From Squalus acanthias (Eukaryota), in NCBI GenBank assembly GCA_030390025.1, contig JASTWF010000034.1, forward strand, positions 3,782,001-3,846,000: DNA of 64,000 bases, in the 5' to 3' direction. Of the stretch, positions 1 to 12,900 are shown piece by piece (the first letter of the stretch is position 1; each line of letters opens with the position of its first letter). The position numbers were made by a program, and so were the translations under genes. A model generated the notes under the pieces. The model was not told where the DNA came from, searched no databases, and worked only from the letters and a program-made list of their open reading frames with translations.

Positions 1-768
1 ATGTTTGGTGGGCAGTGCAGAGGGAGCTTTACTCTGTATCTAACCCGTGCTGTACTTGCCCTGGGACTGTTTGGTGGGCAGTGCAGAGGGAGCTTTACTC
101 TATATCTAACCCGCGCTGTAACTGCCCTGCGAGTGTTTGATGGGGCAGTGTAGAGGGAGCATTACTCTGTATCTAACCTAATGTACCTTCCCTGGGAGTG
201 TTTGATGGACAGTGTAGAGGAAGCTTTACTCGGCATCTAACCCGTATTACACGTGTCCTGGGATTGAGTTGATGGGATAGTGTAGAGGGAATTTTACTCT
301 GTATCTAACCCGTGCTGTACCTGCCCTGGGAGTGTTTGATGGGACAGTCTAGAGGGAGCTTTACTCTGTTTCTAACCCGCGATGTGCCTGCCCTGGGAGT
401 GTTTGATGGGACATTGTAGATGGAGCTTTACTCTGTATCTAACACATGCTGTACCTGCCCTGGGAGTGTTTGATGGGACATTGTAGAGGGAGCTTTACTC
501 TGTTTCTAACCCGTGCTGTACCTGCCCTGGGAGTGTTTGATGGGACATTGTAGATGGAGCTTTACTCTGTATCTAACACATGCTGTACCTGCCCTGGGAG
601 TGTTTGATGGGACATTGTAGAGGGAGCTTTACTCTGTTTCTAAACTCTGTAGCTAACCCACTGTTCCTGGGCTTGGACTGTTTGGTGGGGCAGCGTAGAG
701 GGAGCTTTACTCTGTATCTAACCCACTTTACCTGCCCTGGAGGTATTTGATGAGAGCTTTACTCTGTA
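1..768. repeat. 67-bp tandem satellite (GGGACAGTGTAGAGGGAGCTTTACTCTGTATCTAACCCGTGCTGTACCTGCCCTGGGAGTGTTTGAT)n
   Basis: Unit repeats with a 67-nt period; the same family recurs at ~10.0-14.06 kb and inverted at ~60.6-60.9 kb. Confidence 0.9.
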
Positions 769-1812
769 ACAGGGGATTACATGGGGTACACAGCACAGAA
801 CCAGGCCATTCGACCCAACGAGTCCATGCCAGCGTTTATGCTCCACTCGAGCCTCCTCCCGTCTGACCTCATCTAATTCTATCAGCGTAACCCTCTATTC
901 CCTTCTCCCACATATGCTTATCTAACTGCCCCTTAAATGCATCAATACTATTCGCTTCAACCACTCCCTGTGGTAGCGAGTTCCACATTCTCACCACTCT
1001 CTGGGTAAAGAGGTTTCTTCTGAATTCCCTATTTGATTTCTTGGTGATTACATTATATTGATGGCCTCTAATTTTGCTATTCCCCACAAGTGGAGACATT
1101 CTCTCTGTATCCACTCCATCAAAACCTTTCCTCATTTTAAAGAGCTTTATCAGGTCACCCCTCAGCCTTCAAGAGAAAGGAGACCCAACGTTTTCATCCG
1201 TTCCTGATATGTATTTTGTTTTATTCGTTTAAGGGATCTGGGCGCCGCTGGCAAGGCCAGCATTTATTGCCCATTCCGAGTTGCCCTTGAGAAGGTGGTG
1301 GTGAGCCGCCTTCTTGAACCGCTGCAGTCCGTGTGGTGATGGTGCTCCCACAGTGCTGTTAGGGAGGGAGTTCCAGGATTTTAACCCAGCGACGATGAAG
1401 GATCGGCAATATACTTCTAAGTCACCCTAGCTTTTCTGGTATTATCCATGTAAATCTTCTCTGCACCCTCTCCAGTGCCTCTATCCTTTTTAGAATACAG
1501 CGACCAGAACTGTACACAGTTTTCCAAGTGTGGTCTCACCAAGGTTCGATACAAGTTTAGCATAAATTCACTACTTTTCAATTCTACCTTTCCAGATATA
1601 AACCCGAGTGATTGGTTTGCTTTTTATGGCCTTATTAACCTGTGTCGCTACTTTCAGTGATTTGTGTATTTGTACTCCGAGATTCCTTTGCTCCTCTATC
1701 CCATTTAGATTCTTATTTTCCAAGTAATATGTGACCTCTCTACATTTCTTACCAAAATGTAACTCCTCAGATTCATCTGTGTTAAATTTCATTTGCCAAT
1801 TATATGCCCATT
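769..1812 (-). mobile_element. Degenerate CR1 LINE 3' fragment, interrupted at ~1215-1425 by the 3' end of another LINE family
   Basis: ORF fragments 869-1135 (FTQRVVRMWNSLP) and 1571-1792 (LHFGKK...LGVQIHKSLK) match the CR1 ORF2 C-terminus. Confidence 0.8.
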
Positions 1813-2062
1813 AAAGAGCTATTAGAAATAGATAATAAATAATATCAATCAGTAATGCAAATCTATGACTATAACTATAATATTTACGCCTCCTGTGCCT
1901 CTCTCACTCAATCCCTCTCCCTCAGAATTATAAAATGTCTCTTTGACGATAACAGGCCATTCGGCCCAACCAGTCCATGCCATATTCCAGGTCTCCAAGA
2001 CACTGGGATCTGCCTGAGAGGACAAAGATGGTTATTGTGTCAGCCTGTAATCCAGGCTCCAT

Positions 2063-2655
2063 TCACCGGGTGAGAATCAGGCTAACTCAGCACAGGCCGG
2101 GGATGGAGCCTGGGCCTTTCTTGCTCTGTGTGTGGGGGGTCACAGTCCCTCACCGGGTGAGATCAGGCTAACTGAGCACAGGCCGGGATGGAGCCTGGGC
2201 CTTTCCTGCTCTGTGTGTGGGGGTCAGAGACCCTCACCGGGCGAGAATCAGGCTAACTCAGCACAGGCCGGGGATGGAGCCTGGGCCTTTCCTGCTCTGT
2301 GTGTGGGGGTCACAGACCCTCACCGGGGGAGATCAGGCTAACTCAGCACAGGCCGGGGATGGAGCCTGGGCCTTTCCTGCTCTGTGTGTGGGGGGTCACA
2401 GACCCTCACCGGGTGAGATCAGGCTAACTCAGCACAGGCCGGGGATGGAGCCTGGGCCGTTCCTGCTCTGTGTGTGGGGGGTCACAGACCCTCACCGGGT
2501 GAGAATCAGGCGAACTCAGCACAGGCCGGGGATGGAGCCTGGGCCTTTCCTGCTCTGTGTGTGGGGGTCACAGTCCCTCACCGGGGGAGATCAGGCTAAC
2601 TCAGCACAGGCCGGGGATGGAGCCTGGGCCTTTCCTGCTCTGTGTGTGGGGGGAT
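2063..2655. repeat. ~85-bp GC-rich tandem repeat (intronic VNTR)
   Basis: Repeated CTCACCGGGTGAGATCAGGCTAACTCAGCACAGGCCGGGGATGGAGCCTGGGCCTTTCCTGCTCTGTGTG, about 7 copies. Confidence 0.9.
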
Positions 2656-2739
2656 CTCAGTACCCACTCCGGATGGGGACATTTCAGGGGTGGGCACCCA
2701 TCATTGTGTGGGTCTAATTGCCGCCTCTCTCTCTTGCAG

Positions 2740-2871
2740 TTAGTCTCGGAGTTCGTGACTGATCAGAATGGCCCGCTGCTGCCCCGCGCACCCCACACGT
2801 TCAAGATGGACGACCTGCTGGCGGAGATGCAGGAGGTTGAGAACTGAGGCTTTGACAGGCTCAGCAGTGAG
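2740..2871 (+). pseudogene. PEX5: PEX5 (peroxisomal targeting signal 1 receptor) pseudo-exon A
   Basis: ttgcAG acceptor and GTaaga donor; reads [35 protein letters not shown], matching vertebrate PEX5 [31 protein letters not shown] as I recall it; in-frame TGA at 2845-2847 and an apparent 1-nt loss before QAQQ*. Confidence 0.88.
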
Positions 2872-2971
2872 GTAAGATCACCCCTGGGAGCAGAGGGTCA
2901 AATCAGCACAGGCCGGTGATGGAGCCTGGGTGTTTCCTGCCCAGATTCGGGCCCTGTTTTCACACCCCAAG

Positions 2972-3103
2972 CCCCCGTTGTGGCAGACCTGGCGATGTCG
3001 GGGACCTGGGTCGAGGAGTTTCTGGCCACCGAGCCGACGGCAGACACATCGCAGGCCGACAGTGAAGCCGATTGGTCAATGGGGTTCATCGCCCAGGTGA
3101 CCG
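2972..3103 (+). pseudogene. PEX5: PEX5 pseudo-exon B (WxxxF repeats)
   Basis: AG...GT bounded 132 nt reading PVVADLAMSGTWVEEFLATEPTADTSQADSEADWSMGFIAQVT, matching PEX5 APGVADLALSENWAQEFL...DWSQEFISEVT. Confidence 0.88.
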
Positions 3104-3120
3104 GTATGTGGACGGGCCAC

Positions 3121-4392
3121 TCAGCATTGTGGGTACAGCGTCACTGACCCCGGGCATTGTGGGCGCAGGATCATTGACACTGGCCATTGTGGGTACAGGG
3201 CCACTGACCCTGGGCATTGTGGGTACAGGGTCATTGACACTGGGCATTGTGGGTACAGCGTCACTGAGCCCGGGCATTGTGGGCACAGGATAATTGACAC
3301 TGGGCATTGTGGGTACAGGGCCACTGACCCTGGGCATTGTGGGTACAGAGTCACTAACACTGGGCATTGTGGGTACAGGGTCACTGAGCCCGGGCATTGT
3401 GGGTACAGGATAATTGACACCGGGCATTGTGGGTACAGGGCCACTGACCCCGGGCATTGTGGGTACAGGGCCACTGACCCCGGGCATTGTGGGTACAGGG
3501 CCACTGACCCCGGGCATTGTGGGTACAGGGTCATTGACCCCGGGCATTGTGGGTACAGGGTCACTGACCCGGGCATTGTGGGTACAGGTTCATTGACCCC
3601 GGACATTGTGAGTACAGAGTCATTGACACTGGGCATTGTGGGTACAGAGTCACTGACCCCGGGCATTGTGGGTACAGGGTCACTGACACTGGACATTGTG
3701 GGTACAGGGTCACTGACCCTGGACATTGTGGGTACAGGGTCACTGAACCTGGGCATTGTAGATACAGAGTCACTGACCCCGGGCATTGTGGGTACAGGGT
3801 CACTGACACTGGACATTGTGGGTACAGGGTCACTGACCCTGGACATTGTTGGTACAGGGTCACTGACACTGGGCATTGTAGATACAGAGTCACTGACCCC
3901 GGGCATTGTGGGTACAGAGTCACTGACACTGGGCATTGTGGGTACAGGGTCATTGACACTGGGCATTGTGGGTACAGAGTCACTCGCCCTGGGCATTGTG
4001 GGTACAGAGTCACTCGCCCTGGGCATTGTGGGTACAGGGCCACTGACCCTGGGCATTGTGGGTAGAGAGTCACTGACCCCGGGCATTATGGACACAGGGT
4101 CACTGACCCTGTGGATTGTGGGTACAGGGTCACTGACCCTGGGCATTGTGGGTACAGGGTCACTGACACTGGGCATTGTGGGTACAGGGCCACTGACCCT
4201 GGGTATTGTGGGTACAGGGCCACTGACACTGGGCATTGTGGGTACAGGGTCACTGACCCCGGGCATTATGGACACAGTGTCACTGACCCTGGGGATTGTG
4301 GGTACAGGGTCACTGACTCTGGGCATTGTGGGTACAGGGTCACTGACACTGGGCATTGTGGGTACAGGGTCACTGACCCTGAGCATTGTGGT
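3121..4392. repeat. 30-bp minisatellite (GGGCATTGTGGGTACAGGGTCACTGACCCT)n inside a PEX5 intron
   Basis: About 42 copies; produces the spurious 10-aa repeat ORFs in the track. Confidence 0.95.
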
Positions 4393-4468
4393 TAAGCTGC
4401 TGAGGGTGATTACGGTCGCTCTGACTGTTTCACTTTAAATGGTGTTTGACTTCTGAATCTTCCTCTAG

Positions 4469-4568
4469 CCCGAGACCCCGCTGTGACCTGTCCAGCAAAG
4501 TGGACCCTGGAATACCTGGAACAAACGGCAGAGGAACTGTGGCTGGAGCAGAGTCAGGAACAGAAATG
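4469..4568 (+). pseudogene. PEX5: PEX5 pseudo-exon C
   Basis: ctctAG...GTatgg; reads RDPAVTCPAKWTLEYLEQTAEELWLEQSQEQKW, matching PEX5 [24 protein letters not shown]; phase-compatible with exon B. Confidence 0.85.
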
Positions 4569-4599
4569 GTATGGAGTGTGAGGGAGTAACAGTGGTAAT

Positions 4600-4890
4600 G
4601 TCAGGGTAATGTAGAGGGAGCTCTGTATTATACCTGCCCAGGGTGTGCACAATGCTGACACTGGGTATAAAGTGGGGGTAAACTCTCAGGGTAATGTAGA
4701 GGGAGCTCTGTATTGTACCTGCCCTGGGAGTGCTGGATGCTGACACTGGGTATAAAGTGGGGGAACACTGTCAGGGTAATGTAGAGGGAGCTCTGTATTG
4801 TATCTGCCCTGGGAGCACTCGATGCTGAAACTGGGTATAAAGTGGGGGTACACTTTCGGAGTAATGTAGAGGGAGCTCTGTATTGTAGAG
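4600..4890. repeat. ~85-bp tandem repeat related to the 67-bp satellite
   Basis: Repeated GTAATGTAGAGGGAGCTCTGTATT...CCTGCCCTGGGAG...CTGGGTATAAAGTGGGG, 3-4 copies. Confidence 0.8.
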
Positions 4891-4895
4891 TGGGA

Positions 4896-6195
4896 GAAAC
4901 ATAGAAGATAGGAGCAGGAGTAGGCCATTCGGCCCCTCGAGCCTGCTCCGTCATTCAATGCGATTATGGCTGATCATCCAAATTTAGAACCCTGTCCCTG
5001 CTTTCTCCCCATATCCCTTGATCCCTTTAGGCTTAAGAAATATATCCAACTCCTTCTTGAATATATTTAATGAATTGGCCTCTACTGCCTTCTGTGGTAG
5101 AGAATTCCACAGGTTCACCACTCTCTGGTTGAAGAAATTCCTCATCATTTCTGTCCTAAATGTCTTACCCCTTATTCTTAGACTGTGACCCCTGGTTCTG
5201 GACTCCCCGACCATCGGGAACATCCTTCCTGCATCTAGTCTGTGCAGTCCTGTCAGAATTTTATAAGTTTCAATGAGATCCCCTCTCATTCTTCTAAACT
5301 CCAGCGAGTATAATCCCAATCGACCCAATCTCTCCTCATACGTCATTCCTGCCATCCCAGGTACCAGCCTGGTGAATCTTCGCTGAACTCCTTCCATGGC
5401 AAAAAGCTCCTTCCTCAGATAAGGCGACCAAAACTGCTCACAATACTCATGATGTGGTCTCACCAAGGCCCTGTACAACTGCAGCAAGACATCCTTGTTC
5501 CTGCACTCACCCTCTCGCTCCGAAGGCCAACATCCATTTGCCTTCTTAACCGCCTGCTGCACCTGCATGCTTTCCTGCAGCGACTGGTGCACAAGGACAC
5601 CCAGTTCTCGTTGCACTTCCCCTTCTCCTAATCTATTGCCATTCAGATAATAATCTGCCTTCCTGTTTTTGACACCAAAGTGGATAACCTCGCATTTTTC
5701 CACGTTATATTGCATCTGCCATGCTTCTGCCCAATCACCCAACCTGTCCAAATCATCCTGGAGTTTCTCGGCATCCTCCTCACAGCACACACGCCCACCC
5801 AGCTTTGTGTCGTCTGCAAACTTGGACATATTACATCTAGGTCCCTTGTCTAGATCATTTAATATATATATTGTGAATAGCTGGGGTCCAAGGACCGATC
5901 CCTGCGGTACCCCACTAGTCACTGCCTGCCACTCGGAAAAAGACCCATTAATTCTTACTCTCTGCTTTCTGTCTGCCAACCAGTTCTCTATCCAAGTCAA
6001 TACCTTGCCCCCCAATCCCATGTGCCTTAACTTTACACGCTAATCTCTTATGCGGGACCTTATCAAAAGCCTTTTGAAAGTCCAAATACACCACATCCAC
6101 TGGTTCTCCCTTATCTATTTTACCAGTTACATCCTCAAAAAATTCCAGTCGATTCGTCAAGCACGATTTACCTTTTGTAAATCCATGTTGACTTT
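4896..6195 (-). mobile_element. 5'-truncated CR1 LINE (RT C-terminal half plus 3' hairpin and tail)
   Basis: ORFs 5948-6160 and 4984-6021 with [21 protein letters not shown] and KFADDTKL; tail at ~4897. Confidence 0.93.
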
Positions 6196-7119
6196 GGAGG
6201 GGCTATGGCCGCTTTGTGTCATTATTCCCGGCTGCTGTGTGATTGGCTCCCGGTTCCTTTGTGATGTCACCTGGAGTCAGGTTTTCGCCCTGGTTACGGC
6301 CCATCAGTGGGATGTCGGTGTGGGAGGAGCTGGAGTGACAGCTGACACTGGGCAGTGAGTTTAGTCAAATTAAATATAATCAGTCACAAAAACAGTCCCA
6401 CTGTATTCCAGGTACAGGATCTGGGATTAATATGAATCATTTTGCTGTTGACAGTCTCTGGGAGTGAGCAATATCTCAGGAAGGTGGAGAGAGAGAAGTC
6501 GAATCATCGCCTCACTGACTGGGACTGGAGAAATGTCGCTGGGTTCACAGAGCAGATCCGGCGGGAACGAGATCCCCATTTTCGGAAAAGGGATAAAACA
6601 GGAAGCTTCAACAATGATTGGAAAGGTGAGGAACTTGACGGAGAATCCCATCAGTCCAGGATTTTTCCAATGTGAGAGTCTAACCAGATACTGGGATCTG
6701 GTCAACATCTCGCATCAGGCTCGGCTGAACCAAATTAGTGGGAGCTTTACTCTGTACGCCACCCATTCCATGCCTGCCCAGAGAGTGTTTTGGGTGTCCA
6801 TTGTAGAGGAAGCTTTACTTTGCATCTCTCTATCTTACCCGTGCTTTACCTGCCCTTTGACTGTCTGATTGGGCAGTCTAATGGGAGCTTTAGTCAGTGT
6901 ATAACGCATGATATATGCAGGAAGAAATCACTGGACTGGTCAGTTGTGCAGAAAAGGGGAAAATGGAATTTATTCTGGAGAATTGTGAGGTTATGCGTTT
7001 CGGAAGGGCTGACAAGGCAAGGGATCCCACAGTATCAGAGATTGTCAGATACAGAATCAATCGCACATTCATACACTGCACCAGAGACTGACAGAAACAG
7101 AATGAATCGCACACTCACA

Positions 7120-8166
7120 CAGAGGGTGTCAGAGTGTGTCTATACTTAGGGACTCCACAGAGGGAGTCACAGAGTGGTTCTATACTTAGGGACTCCACAG
7201 ATGGAGTCACAGAGTGGGTCTTTTCTTAGGGACTACACAGCGGGTGTCACAGAGTGGGTCTATACTTAGGCACTCCACAGATGGTGTTACAGAGTGGGTC
7301 TATACTTAGGGACTCCACAGGGGAGTCACAGAGTGGGTCTATACTAAGGGACTCAACAGAGGGTGTCACAGTGGGTCTATAGTTAGGGACTCCACAGATG
7401 GAGTCACAGAGTGGGTCTATACTTAGGGACTCCACAGATGGTGTTACAGAGTGGGTCTATACTTCGGGACTCCACAGGGGAGTCACAGAGTGGGTCTATA
7501 CTAAGGGACTCAACAGATGGTGTCACAGTGGGTCTATAGTTAGGGACTCCACAGATGGAGTCACAGAGTGGGTCTATACTAAGGGACTCCACAGAGGGTG
7601 TCACAGTGGGTCTATAGTTAGGGACTCCACAGAGGCTGTCACAGAGTGGGTCTATACTTAGGGACTCCACAGATGGTGTCACAGTGTGGGTCTATACTTA
7701 GGGACTCCACAGATGGTGTCATGGAGTGGGTCTATACTTAGGGACTCCACAGAGGATGTCACAGAGTGGGTCTATACTTAGGGACTCCACAGATGGTGTC
7801 ACAGAGTGGGTCTATACTTAGGGACTCCACAGATGGAGTCACAGAGTGGGTCTATACTTAGGGACTCCACAGATGGTGTCACAGAGTGGGTCTATACTTA
7901 GGGACTCCACAGATGGAGTCACAGAGTGGGTCTATACTTAGGGACTCCACAGGGGGAGTCACAGAGTGGGTCTATAATTAGGGACTCCACAGAGGGTGTC
8001 ACACAGTGGGTCTATATTTAGGGACTCCACAGATGGTTTCACAGAGTGGGTCTATATTTAGGGACTCCACAGATGGTGTCACAGAGTGGGTCTATATTTA
8101 GGGACTCCACAGATGGTGTCACAGAGTGGGTCTATATTTAGGGACTCCACAGATGGAGTCACAGAG
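7120..8166. repeat. 40-bp minisatellite (CACAGAGTGGGTCTATACTTAGGGACTCCACAGATGGTGT)n
   Basis: Clear 40-nt period, about 26 copies. Confidence 0.93.
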
Positions 8167-8167
8167 T

Positions 8168-8335
8168 CTTCTTAGGCAGTCCCTCGGAAATGAGGATGAC
8201 TTGCTTCCGCACTAAAAATGAGTTCTCAGGTGACTGATGAGTCCAATGCGGGACCTACAGTCTCTGTCACAGGTGGGGCAGACGGTGGAGGAAGGGGCGG
8301 GTGTGTGGGGTGCTTGGGTTGACGTGCGCTCCTTA
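8168..8335 (-). mobile_element. Probable RTE-clade LINE 3' end fragment
   Basis: CTTCTTAGGCAGTCCCTCG...GAGGATGACTTGCTTCC resembles the reverse complement of RTE-type 3' termini (recalled, not searched). Confidence 0.5.
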
Positions 8336-8339
8336 CGTG

Positions 8340-9985
8340 TCTGCACCGGCCATCAAGCCCTGTCTATTCCAAACCCATTTTCCAGCACTTGGTCCGTAGC
8401 CTTGTATGCTATGGCGTTTCAAGTGCTCATCTAAATGCTTCAATGTTGTGAGCGTTGCTGACTCTACCACCCTTTAAGGGAGTGAGCTGCAGATTTCAAC
8501 CACCCTCTGGGTGAAAAAGTTTTGCCTCAAATCCCCTCTAAACCTCCTGCCCCTTACCTTGAAACTATGCCCCCTGGTTATTGACCCCTCTACGAAGTGA
8601 AGAATTTCCTTTTTATCCACCCTAGCTATGCCCCTCATAATTTTGTACACCTCAATCAGGTCCCCCCTCAGCCTTTTCTGCTCTAAGGAAAACAACCCCA
8701 TCCTGTCCAGTCTCTCTTCACAGCTGAAACGCTCCAGCCCAGGTAACATCCTGGTGAATCTCCTCTGCACCCTCTCCAATGCAATCACATCCCTCCTATA
8801 GTGTGGTGACCAGAACTGCACACAGTATTCCAGCTGTGGCCAAACCAGCGTTTTGTACAGCTCCATCATAACCTCCCTGCTCTTATATTGTATGCCTCGG
8901 CTAATGAAGGCAAGTTTCCAATATGCCTTTTTAACCACCTTATCTACCTGTCCTGCTGCCTTCAGGGATCTATGTACATGCACACCAAGGGCCCTCTGAT
9001 CCTCTGTCCTTCCTATGGTCCTACCATTCATTGTGTATTCCCTTGCCTTGTTTGTCCTCCCAAAATGCATCACCTCACACTTTTCAGTGTTAAATTCCAT
9101 TTGCCACTGCTCTGCCCATCTAACCATCCCGCCTGTATCGTCCTGTAGTCTGAGGCTTCCTTTCTCGCTATTTACCACTCCACCAATTTTCGTGTCATCT
9201 GCGAACTTACATTCATATCTAAATCATTAATGTACACTACAAACAGCAAAGGACCCAGCACCGTTCCCTGCGGTACACCACTGGTCACTGGCTTCCAGTC
9301 ACAAAAACAACCTTCGACCATCACCATCTGCCTCCTGCCACTAAGCCAATTTTGAATCCAATGTGCCAAATTGCCCTGGATCCCATGGCCTCTTACCTTC
9401 TTGACCAGTCTCCCATGTGGGACTTTATCAAAAGCCTTACTGAAGACCATGTAGACGACATCAACTGCACTATCGTCATCCACACACCTAGTCACCCCCT
9501 CAAAAAATTCAATCAAATTGGTGAGATATGATCTCCCCCTGACAAAGCCATGCTGACTATCCCTGATTAATCCTGGCCTCTCCAAGTGGAGACTAATTCT
9601 GTCCCTCAGAATTTTTTCCAATAATTTCCCTATCACTGATGTTAGGCTCTCTGGTCTGTAATTCCCTGGTTTATCCCTACTACCCTTCTTGAACAATGGT
9701 ACTACGTTAGCTGTTCTCCAGTCCTCTGGCACCTCTCCTGTGGTCAGAGAGGTTCTGAAAATTTGTGTCAGAGCCCCTGCAGTCTCCTCCCTTGCCTCAC
9801 ACAGCAGCCTTGGATACATCCCGTCAGGGCCTGGGGATTTATTCACTTTTAATCCCGCTAAAACCGCCAGTACCTCCTCCCTCTCAATACTAATTTGTTC
9901 AAGTATATCACAATACCCCTGCCTGATTTCTATGCCTCCATCGTCCTTCTCCACAGTGAACACAGATGCAAAATATTCATTTCAG
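8340..9985 (-). mobile_element. CR1 LINE ORF2 fragment (RT), frameshifted
   Basis: ORFs 9172-9963 (KSPGPDG, DWRTANVVPLFKKG, SQHGF, GVPQG) and 8474-9178. Confidence 0.93.
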
Positions 9986-12900
9986 AGCTTTACTCTGGAC
10001 CAAACATTGTCTGAACCTGCCCTGGGATTATTTGATGGGACAGTTTAGAGAGTTTTTGTCTGTATCTAACCCGTGCTGTACCTGCCCTGAGAGTGTTTGA
10101 TGTTACATTGTAGAGGGAGGTTCACTCTGTATCTACCCTCTGCTTTACCTGCCCTGGGAGAGTTTGATGGGACAGTGTAAACGGATCTTTAATCTGTATC
10201 TAATCCATGCTGCACCTGCTTTGGGAGTGTTTAATGGGCCAGTGTTGTTGCAACTTTACTTTGTGTCTAACTCGTGTTGTGCCTGTCTTGGAAGGGTTTG
10301 ATGGGACAGTGTAGAGGCAGCTTTAGTCTGTATCTAACACATGCTGTACCTGCTCTGGGAGAGTTTGATGGGTTAGTGTCGAGGGGAGTTTTAATCTGTC
10401 TTACTCGTGCTCTGCATGTCCTGGATGGGTTTAATGGGACAGTGTAGAGAGAGCTTTACTCTATCAAACGTGGTCTGAACCTGCCCTGGGTGTGGTTTGC
10501 TGGGACAGGTCAGAGGGAGATTTACTCTATCTAACCTGTTCTGAACATTCCACGAGGCAGTGTTTGATGGGACAGTGTAGAGGGATCTTTACTCTGTATC
10601 AAACGTGGTCTGAACCTGCCCTGGGAGTGTTTGATGTGACAGTTCAGAGGGAGATTTACTCTGTATCTAACCGGTGCTGTACCTGCCCTGGGAGTGTTTG
10701 ATGGAACAGTGTAGAGGGAGCTTTACTCTGCATCTAACCGGTGCTGTACCTGCCCTGGGAGTGTTTGATGGAACAGTGTAGAGGGAGCTTTACTCTGTAT
10801 CTAACCGGTGCTGTCCCTACCCTGGGGTTGTTTGATGGGACAGTCTCGAGGGAGCTTTACTCTGTTTCTAACCCCTGCCGTACATGCCCTTTCAATGTTT
10901 GATGGGACATTGTAGAGGGGGCTTTACTCTGTATCGAACCCATGCTGTTCCTGCCCTGGGAGAGTTTGATGAGACAGTTTAGAGGGAGCTTTACTCTGTA
11001 TCTACACATGCTGTACCTGCCCTGGGAGTGTTTGATGGGACAGTGTAGTGAGAGCTTTACTCTTTACCAATCATTGTTTGAAACTGCCCTGGGAGTGTTG
11101 GATGGGACAATGTAGAGGGAGATTTACTCTGTATCTAACCAGTGCTGTACCTGCCCTGGACGGGTTTGATGGGACAGTGTAGAGGGAGTTCTAAACTGTA
11201 TCAAACATGGTCTGAACCTGCCAGGGGAGTGTTTAATGGGACAATGCAGAGATGAACTTTACACTGTATCTCACCTGTGCTGTACCTGCCCTGTGAGAGT
11301 TTAATGGGATACTGTAGAGGGAACTCTACTCTGTGTCAAACATATTCTGAACCTCCTGTGGGAGTGTTTGATGAGACAGTGTAGAGTGAGATTTACTCTG
11401 TATCTAACCTGTGCTGAAAATGCCCTGGGTGGGTTTGATGGGACATTGAAGAGGGCGCTTAACTCTGTAGCTAAATCGTGTTGTGCCTGTCCTGGGAGAG
11501 TTTGAGGGGAAAGTCTAGAGTCAGCTTTACCAGTATCAAACATGGTCTCAACCTGTCCTGGGAGTGTTTGATGGGACAGTGCAGAGGGAGCTTCACTCTG
11601 TATCTAACCCGTGCTGTACCTGCCCTGGGAGTGTTTGATGGGACATTGTAGAGGGAGCTTTACTCTGTATCTAACCCGTGCTGTACCTGCCCTGGGAGTG
11701 TTTGATGGGACAGTGTAGAGGGAACTTTACTCTGTATCTAACCCGGGCTGTACCTGTCCTGGGAGTGTTTGATGGGACATTGTAGAGGGAGCTTTACTCT
11801 GTATCTAACCTACGCTGTACCTGTCCTGGGAGAGTTTGATTTGACGGTGTAGAGGGATCTTTACTCTGTATCTAACCCGTGTTGTGCCTGCCCTGGGAGT
11901 GTTTGATTTGACAGTGTAGAGGGATCTTTGCTCTGTATCTAACCCGTGCTGTACCTGTCCTGGGAGTGTTTGATGGGACATTGTAGAGGGAGCTTTACTC
12001 TGTATCTAACCTACGCTGTACCTGTCCTGGGAGAGTTTGATTTGACGGTGTAGAGGGATCTTTACTCTGTATCTAACCCGTGTTGTGCCTGCCCTGGGAG
12101 TGTTTGATTTGACAGTGTAGAGGGATCTTTGCTCTGTATCTAACCCGTGTTGTGCTTGTCCTGGACAGGTTTGATGGAACAGTGTAGAGGAAGCTTTACT
12201 CTGTATCAAACGGTATGTTGGCGTTCATTGCAAGAGGATTTGAGTACAGGAGCAAGAATGTCTTACTACAGTTATACAGGGCCTTGGTGAGACCACACCT
12301 GGTGTACTGTGTGCTGTTTTGGTCTCCCTACCTAAGAAAGGATATACTTGCCATCGATGGAGTGCAGCGAAAGTTCACCAGACTGATTCCTGGGATGACA
12401 GGACTGTCGTTTTAGGAGAGGTTGGGTCGACTCGGCCTGTATTCACTAGAGATTAGAAGAAGGAGTGAGCATCTGATTGAAAGGTATAAAATTCTGACAG
12501 TGCGAGACAGACTGGATGCAGGGAGTATGTTTCCCCTGGCTGGGGTGTCTAGAACGAGGGGTCACAGCCTCAGGATACGGGGTAGGACATTTAGGACTGA
12601 GATGAGGAGAAATATCTTCACTCAGAGGGTGGTGAACCTGTGGAATTCTCTACCACAGAGGCTGTGGTGTCCAAATCACTGAATATATTTAAGAAGGAGA
12701 TAGATAGATTTCTAGACACAAAAGGCATCAAGGGGTATGGGGAGAGACCGGGAATTTGGTACTGAGATAGAGGAGCAGCCATGATCATGTTGAATGGCGG
12801 AGCAGGCTCGAAAGGCCGAATGGCCTACTCCTGCTCCTATTTTTCTATGTTTCAAACATGGACTGAACCTGCCCTGAGGTCCTTTTATGGGACAGTGTAG

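Noticed and set aside
3086..4438. Long ORFs of 421, 286 and 170 aa with 10-aa periodicity
   Set aside because: Translations of a 30-bp minisatellite lying between PEX5 exons; open on both strands, a typical repeat artefact
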